Positions 62,201 to 64,000 of a DNA stretch of 64,000 nt are shown here, piece by piece (the first letter of the stretch is position 1; each line of letters opens with the position of its first letter). Where the stretch lies: positions 1-64,000 of IMG/VR virus record IMGVR_UViG_3300042892_000474, one strand, 5' to 3'. The stretch comes from a virus. Made by a program: the position numbers and the translations under genes. Below the pieces are notes generated by a model that did not search any database, was not told the origin of the DNA, and worked only from the letters and a program-made list of their open reading frames with translations.

Positions 62201-64000
62201 TTTGTCTCAATTGTTTGAAGGAGTAATATATCCAAACAGTACTTATTTGGGTAATGCGTTTGCGCCCGATGATCAGTATCCAATCGACACCATATTACAA
62301 GATCAAGCGTTCTATCCTGCTGATGTAGATATACATGCTGTTGTTTGGGATGGTGTGCGTTATTTGGCAGCAGCCGACATGACTGATTATTCTAGTGTAA
62401 TATCAAGTCTAACCGGAGACGAATGGTCAATTCAAAAGTTAGCAAATAGTCCGATAAACACTACTGATATGATTTATGCAGGTGGTTATTATATAATGAC
62501 TACCAACAATCCAGCAACCCCTGTGTTTAGAAGTATAGATGGTATAACATGGACTACTAATGGCTACTATACCCCGTATGGTTCTGTTCCGTATGATACT
62601 ACAACCTATGATTTTACTGCACTGAGCATATCTTCATTGAATTTAAATTCAGTTGGATACAGAGATAACTTATGGGTCGCTGTCGGAGAAGGAATTGTTT
62701 CTAGCGATGATACCTATATTTGGAGACAACGATTTACATTCAGTAACCCTACATTGACTAATATCCTATACGGTGTTAATGGAGTTAGCGTTCCAAACTA
62801 CATTGGATTTATCGCTGTTGGTAAAGGTCAACAGTTAGATTATTCAACTGGCGTAGGAATTACGATTGATGTAAACATTGTTTTAACAAGCACTGACGGA
62901 ATTAACTGGAATCAAATTCCTGCATTAAGTTCTAAGGGCTTCTACGGTGTTACACACAACAGTTCAAAAATTGTAGCTGTGGGTGAAGATGGAGTAATAT
63001 ACATATCTGATAACGGTGCAAATTGGTTAGGTGTAAATGAAGTTACAGTGATTAGTGCAAACGACTCATCTAACGAATTGAACGTAACTAGCACCGCTGG
63101 ATTTATAGTTGGAGATCAAGTTAAATTCTCAGAGTCATTCAACGTCTTTGTCGCAGGAACAACATATTATGTAGTTAATATAATATCGCTCACTCAGTTA
63201 CAAGTAAGTGCTACTCCTGGTGGATTACCAGTAACATTGAACGTGTTTGATCCTAGTGAGACAACATATATGTTTGCACCAAGAACAACATCATTGGTTG
63301 ATGTGTATTATGCAAACAATAGATATGTTGCTGTCGGTGATGCGGGGCTCATTAAAGTATCGATTGACGGTTATTCTTGGGCCCAGCATAGTTCCGGAAC
63401 TTCAGAGAATTTAAATGGAATTACCTATAACTCTACAAGCGGAGAATGGATAGCAGTTGGTGATAATAACACTATTTTAATTAGTTCTGATAATGGTGTC
63501 ACTTGGACTAGCTCATCAGTATTTGCAATACAACCTACGATCTATGATGTACAGGGTGCAGAATTTACATATGGTTATGGACCAGAAGAATTAGTTCCTG
63601 GTGTCGTTACTGATAACATTACGATGACAGTTGCGACTCGCCCTGGCACTAATTGGGATGAAACAATTTATGCTCACGTTGGTTATAACGTTGTTAGCAT
63701 AGAGTACACTCCTACTTCAGGAACACAGACATTATATAGTTTTGATATAGGTAATTTGTACAACGTTCAGACTCCTGCTCAAATTGCAGTTTACATTATT
63801 GACGGAACTACAGGACTAAGCACTGCAATATATGAAACATTAAATTATACAATCAATTGGATTGATTATACGATCACCTTAAATACTCCTCTTACTTTCT
63901 CACCCGTAGCAAACAACCTACGTGTAGATGTGTATGAAGTGGGTAATGGAAATCAGTTAGTTAAGTCTAGTACAAAATCTGATCCTATAAGAATTAATTC
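47205..64000 (+). CDS. Giant baseplate wedge / receptor-binding structural protein (gp7-like position), >5,590 aa, truncated by the window
   Basis: Starts MASRIRTLNFLPEIFQT. The frame was open wherever spot-checked and at the window end (..KSSTKSDPIRIN); its absence from the ORF track is consistent with no stop codon. Contains FG-GAP-like and SxDGxxW repeats. Confidence 0.8.
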   Translation, partial: MASRIRTLNFLPEIFQTTTNSQFLAATLDQIVAQPETKKIQGYIGTKFGYGINAKDYYVTEPTKTRTDYQLDPGVVFTKTNESVAKDFISYPGIIDALKLEGGITNNNDRLFNSQFYSWDSFTNLDKIINFNQYYWIPEGPERVIVSSETVFYANDYVVYDLPNGYNIVPLTSADGLGSTNPTLTLLRGGTYTFAVNQSTQFWIQGEPGVTGYSPTQPNVQTREILGVDNNGATQGLVTFTVPPNDAQDEYNFPGNNTVSLVSTLPFASINGARLSDLVNGIDGITSLDGLRVMFYNTGIPNEVGYVSNFFDYTPYDENNDLTELKTISITNTNSVTDAITCNSTANLTVGNAIIFNGNPFGGIASYSTTLPNTIYYVQSILNSTEFTISSTPAGSVLPLSTASGSMTGVINQGQYEQGYYTNVNEYFYSIQLLGDPSDPVIRLVQSSEIPVDEKITATFGTEWGTRNFYRNTSGIILLIPYISAPLDTLYYQDGTSPNKVGIIRLIESNISNTLNVEDDILGNAQFTSTNGVAFTNGLKVSFQGDVIPKSYLFGEYYVEGVGAAIELLPVENFIAPENFTASTYVAWDTLGWDTAAWEGNSYVPVTPDYITISRNSIDKNAWSRSNRWFHIDVINATATYNNNPNLVTLYATSAYKAKRPIIEFYPNIKLFNSGSEGKDPVDFIDTRTTDAFSLVAGQENYYPDVEVYTAYTGIITSTDYTPIRAFSGAADATNIITTVTGTTGFRVDDLIIFDGVTPSLGIVNGSTYFVAEIVSGTEFKISSIKGGDVVDFSNISSGGTFAWTPQSTTLTIDADDVTGTMTVGQYITDSTNQLPRNTQILSITGSTTLTIEVGWDEGSSGYIPTTTESSFVSTDTTNDNYSLFEGARVIFTQDTDTSVKNKIYVARFSIIAESSIPVITLTEVDNGNVHPDQQTVALRGYFNQGKEFWYDGLEWIDGQQKTTLNQPPLFDIYDSNGISFGDPTIYLGTSFIGCKLFAYGIGAGIDDTVLGFPIKYSAIDNVGDISFDVSLNADTFDYVSGTNPITQKINTGYVYQYNNRIEYERQLGWQTAVSPSVQYQIFEFNYDPLNPTTSYVCDIAKSSADSTNWPTIEVYINNTIVSHGEYTVTVGPDTTTVVLNENPILETVIQILLLSDQVSNTAYYSIPNNLNNNPLNADIVVANIGDIRGQYQSSFYNNPNSTGKVFGPNNYRDLGNMVPWGDKIIQNSASLVLPGAFLRKQEHNLFNALMFNSKEYVKFKNLLAYTVNNSDYVQRYDPATMLDDALDQITSSKTDNQSFFWSDMLPSKAAYVSNTYSFANSLDVSIYPLSRVYDYTTANYYGVLVYLIRTQSGITTTQQLIKGQDYTISATAPSLTVSLDLQPGDVITIKEYNQTYGSYVPNTPTKLGLYPAYLPEVILDSNYTNPTYFIRGHDGSYTKLYGEYDTTTELLSDFRDQVSLEFELRVYNNLKISSVIPIKEYEILPGFFRDIDYSYPEWLEIYSNGFLNWVGQNRLNYKTQFYNAGNNYTYNYFQSGNAINKAVITQGYWRGIYQYFYDTTTPNTTPWEMLGFTEMPTWWTNRYGPAPYTSDNLVLWSDLAEGIDWNNGNPVVIPEAVRDGLLEIIPVDSAGNLLPPIDTVVGSYNQKLFQRDWKVGDGAPVEFSYRRSSTYPFDLMRTLALTKPAEFFNLGVDIDHYKYNAEFNQYLVNNRSHLRMSDIDVYGTGTPVTSYVNWVVDYEKQIGIDATTNITEMLNNMDVRLVYRLAGFSDKTLLKFFVEKSTPNSANASLLIPDESYSVLLYDNQPFNRIIYSGVIIQTASSGGFTVYGNSQTYAYFKTLKPKFGGKYETIDVEDLSIRVTPDHFDKEQIVPYNTAFYTAQEVAQFLADYGAYLTSLGMKFDDMENEIEINWAQMIAEFLYWAQTGWSAGSIVTLNPSAKKLMIDKDSNIVQPLTLQQSNFILNQNLYPIQLNDMSVVRQGTAFSVAALNAGDVLSYGQFNLSNFEHGIVFDNVTLFGDIIYNLTTGLRQNRIALRGTKSADWNGTVNASGFIYNQDNIKEWNRTAKYTKGEIVKYKNKYWVATKVIQASELFKEADWKRTDYDEVQKGLLPNSSTRSYESSLYYDIDQANLEKDADLLSFSLIGYRPRDYMALADLTDITQVNVYKNMIKNKGTLNAASAFKGATLPQGGIDYEIFENWAIKAGEFGGVLNNNFVEFRVNEKSMTGNPAIVGLTQGIYNQGVQQEVPLYSLFNYGRTITNVNVLPTTTETISTLYPDAGYVNYNDIKMSAFFYSQLGVAVDKNGSIVPIQDFFVRDYVWLANYLEQWQVYTPVSMGQVTTVKNNLNETITVTFNKPHNLTQYQPFAIVNFDPAIDGYYLATIVIDQNRVLVNKVLDTSIKTINGQGVAMKFTSQRVATPAEIANLPLTEAEFRKNTVWVDTDASGSWGVYRKNINYTLENQVTKASSQSLGSAVAISSQLGYVISDADLGQVYRYTFNDLNNAYELVQTLVGNPTFGSTISYAGDLYAIAETTGAASSVKLYQLQSTTTSDDLVLVQTIPYAAALDDLWGTAISISKNQNWIYISDIDNNTVHVYQRSNIVTTAGNFESTETYIINSIGTTDFTSIGATSNDVGTVFIATGVGTGTGVATKITFNAVTTIDGDALGLTNSGDKFGYSIATEYDSNKIIIGTPYKDEGSVDKWGRTYVFQRLSQNLEIQYNTVSPNTQTLQLAWTPSSTEFTVTDTNATTDRITLSTLPNPATDVDKPIMFIGSGFTGTEITTSKVYYIATVSGYDITIKESRESATVVPLATVAGMTNAKAYLQDDTLFVSNNGTLIQDSNYAVISDTLVYTASLNAGDIIDVNGHEITLLQNIAPAEAPQTGAQFGTSVTTNNTASEILIGAPFQLSTQTSEGVVYRYTDPGAAYGMYVGTTDCNVTTTRKILLNGFLTYIPVGNATVVANAINSSNITNVAATAINGKLVILLVDNSLAPINEKLCLSITDTTTLSELGITVFDMTQEIVCPHNIGPTQFGTVVKFNEYGSFVASAPVGTRYSATTFDFVDDENQDNDTLFDNNTTSWIDESPNFGAVYMFDYISQYNESLLNLGKFVYAQSVNSPNLAYTPFNTYDQATDVTTSNQPLYGTALDFNNYGVIVGTPGDVGSTTGSEYAGSATVYNNSTGVKDWALYRYSAPIVDINKIFNIQLFSAESNETLINMDYIDPLQGKILGAARENIDIISNVDPANYNNGDTVTGGLVWGADHVGKVWLNTKNLRFVNYHQNNDVSYNSQYWGTLFPGSDVSVCSWVASNVLPGEYRGPGIPVDVTSFSIQYVIDAAGALAPVYYFWARNTNTIFSNNGKTLADSIIASYIENPKASGISYFSPILPSVYGLYNSGDYINANDSVLHIGFATGNNDDVSHEQFNLIRSGFPSDFLPGVPNTTNEIPDSLYDRLLDSLCGVDETGAIVPNPYLPKAVQTGILARPRQSFFLDRFTALKNYLQYANSILTQFPITEIRQSSFLTSSGEFYDTRDYWEFINWWATGYDDNIKSALQVPIYADLSTLSVIPGTIVTVSTNMSGKAETYIFELTGNWRRIGLENGTIRFKSSLWDYESVRLGYGDNFFDTDTYDVYPSEETRKIVRALNEQIYTDDLLVYRNRSLILLFEYIQSETTESQNYLPWLNKTSFIDVAHTIRELRPIEVFQTDNQDFLSGYMNEIKPYHVVIKEFLFKYTGSEVYSGNITDFDLPAKYDKSQAQFITPQLVYNSGNGVNQFTPDNPIWEEQEYSQWFENHGLSITGELDAHITTLASYISLNTKSFAVDNAQGLPINGILKMGTEQIGYSSVDRALNVLAGLTRGVNGTPITEHIPGENIFMDLPAVLLLDGGRGYIEPPKVTAYIDPVLYPAPTKPAVLNAVMNLDSVLRVDVVDPGQGYTVLPKIIIDSSIVVPFSSTDVNTFSSTIQIYAPLLQTGDLIQYKVGTNSTPIGGLENDQWYYINVLETVPSVVLGFYDNYADCINDHDRLPLFSTGTGANHTVNLGAKASAISSSLPIRQNDIVLRFDRTAYTSKVIEWVTGRYYGAFFAGTYSNSESIASSSITLQSTQPPIADILASAQGVAFEITDLRNERTVTYSSFIRNVHSTYASNDVVRLTLQDDGSGNPNASGGTNGFYIGMPVTFIGDIGSSGIVNEQVYYVNSIVNQTDFTLSINSTGSPLLPLTNWTVGPAGLECFVGEVTDIAVITVNYPGILDVTSTLAVTNNITVPLNVTGTGGTAGFYIDLPIFFTGTDPTKIQNGVFGGIIENEVYYVTTVVDNQTFTMSETQNPQTFNVTATVASNDTVLIDGDTNKLIVNEPIIFNTMILAGVESATFGGLVSGTTYYVSSIVSPSAFQISATVNGAVLPLSDVSPASNTSALVTSQKNTVTLTTATGNSMVVNVSLPVSPGQVNGQLFTLYETSGQYPGLDGTNGNLITRGVAALIGERTSGIDGLPVDVNSIVMTNYNAGDTVARGLTNIYVNMPIEISEDLFFTNVLVPGTTYYVVDKGTIEIEVTNTSSSTNELTCDTTEMLFADMPITFSGSGIGGAEIDVEYWIKEIVSDTRFTITNTPGGLELTLSTASGLMTGTGLPYIKVAGNLGDPAEYPGDSQQSASITAANPAVITVANAPENGTTVIFRNGTVPSGMSLGTRYYVRNANSTTFNVSLTASGALINTSSGSLSTSTMVITTETTVDQTPLTVAEFDVSYILGGYRVLISNLGTGYAVDNTIVIPGNEIGGTSPLNDLTVTVNSIGTNGEITSVICNGTVAGDSNQYYLKVISSTEFELYQNQLMTVPVSGLSLPYVGITEATVTAVSSANDRLTIGDTSVFDVNDAVVFTGSVQTNITNITEGETYYIYDIPSSTQFRISTVPGDVTTIVNIVTTIGVNFTMAKSGSFALLPEPFIFNQSIVKYNNRVYVCVISNNDTEFVFGKWELLTSGDRRLNAMDRVFGYYQPTDNMPGKDLSQLFEGVIYPNSTYLGNAFAPDDQYPIDTILQDQAFYPADVDIHAVVWDGVRYLAAADMTDYSSVISSLTGDEWSIQKLANSPINTTDMIYAGGYYIMTTNNPATPVFRSIDGITWTTNGYYTPYGSVPYDTTTYDFTALSISSLNLNSVGYRDNLWVAVGEGIVSSDDTYIWRQRFTFSNPTLTNILYGVNGVSVPNYIGFIAVGKGQQLDYSTGVGITIDVNIVLTSTDGINWNQIPALSSKGFYGVTHNSSKIVAVGEDGVIYISDNGANWLGVNEVTVISANDSSNELNVTSTAGFIVGDQVKFSESFNVFVAGTTYYVVNIISLTQLQVSATPGGLPVTLNVFDPSETTYMFAPRTTSLVDVYYANNRYVAVGDAGLIKVSIDGYSWAQHSSGTSENLNGITYNSTSGEWIAVGDNNTILISSDNGVTWTSSSVFAIQPTIYDVQGAEFTYGYGPEELVPGVVTDNITMTVATRPGTNWDETIYAHVGYNVVSIEYTPTSGTQTLYSFDIGNLYNVQTPAQIAVYIIDGTTGLSTAIYETLNYTINWIDYTITLNTPLTFSPVANNLRVDVYEVGNGNQLVKSSTKSDPIRIN

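Noticed and set aside
1-64000. Alternative genetic code (stop-codon reassignment)
   Set aside because: Core genes translate full length in the standard code, and TAA, TGA and TAG-free long frames show no fragmentation.

Overview
A 64-kb segment of a large, AT-rich T4-like (myovirus-type) phage genome; all calls rest on motif recognition and gene order, with no database searches run. Left to right: a partial GT2 glycosyltransferase gene; a tandem array of nine LamG/ConA-like lectin-fold paralogues plus one fibrinogen-C-like gene; a 3002-aa, nearly proline-free (Gly-X-Ser)n collagen-like fibre; a degenerate HNH gene and a fatty-acid desaturase; the head module (gp23, gp22, gp21, acidic core protein, gp20); a tape-measure-like protein with a GH19 domain; a gp26/gp51-like pair; a ~550-bp structured non-coding gap; a resolvase-like gene, gp46, gp47 and a gp55-like sigma factor; then the baseplate module, ending in a >5,590-aa ORF that runs off the window. 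The most interesting signals are: (1) the fibre + lectin array + glycosyltransferase locus; (2) an apparent programmed -1 frameshift (T TTT TTC plus a downstream hairpin) fusing the gp26- and gp51-like ORFs next to the tape measure gene; (3) a candidate large structured RNA or origin at 30884-31436; (4) late-promoter architecture, including apparently leaderless mRNAs, an RBS-sequestering hairpin and back-to-back promoters.
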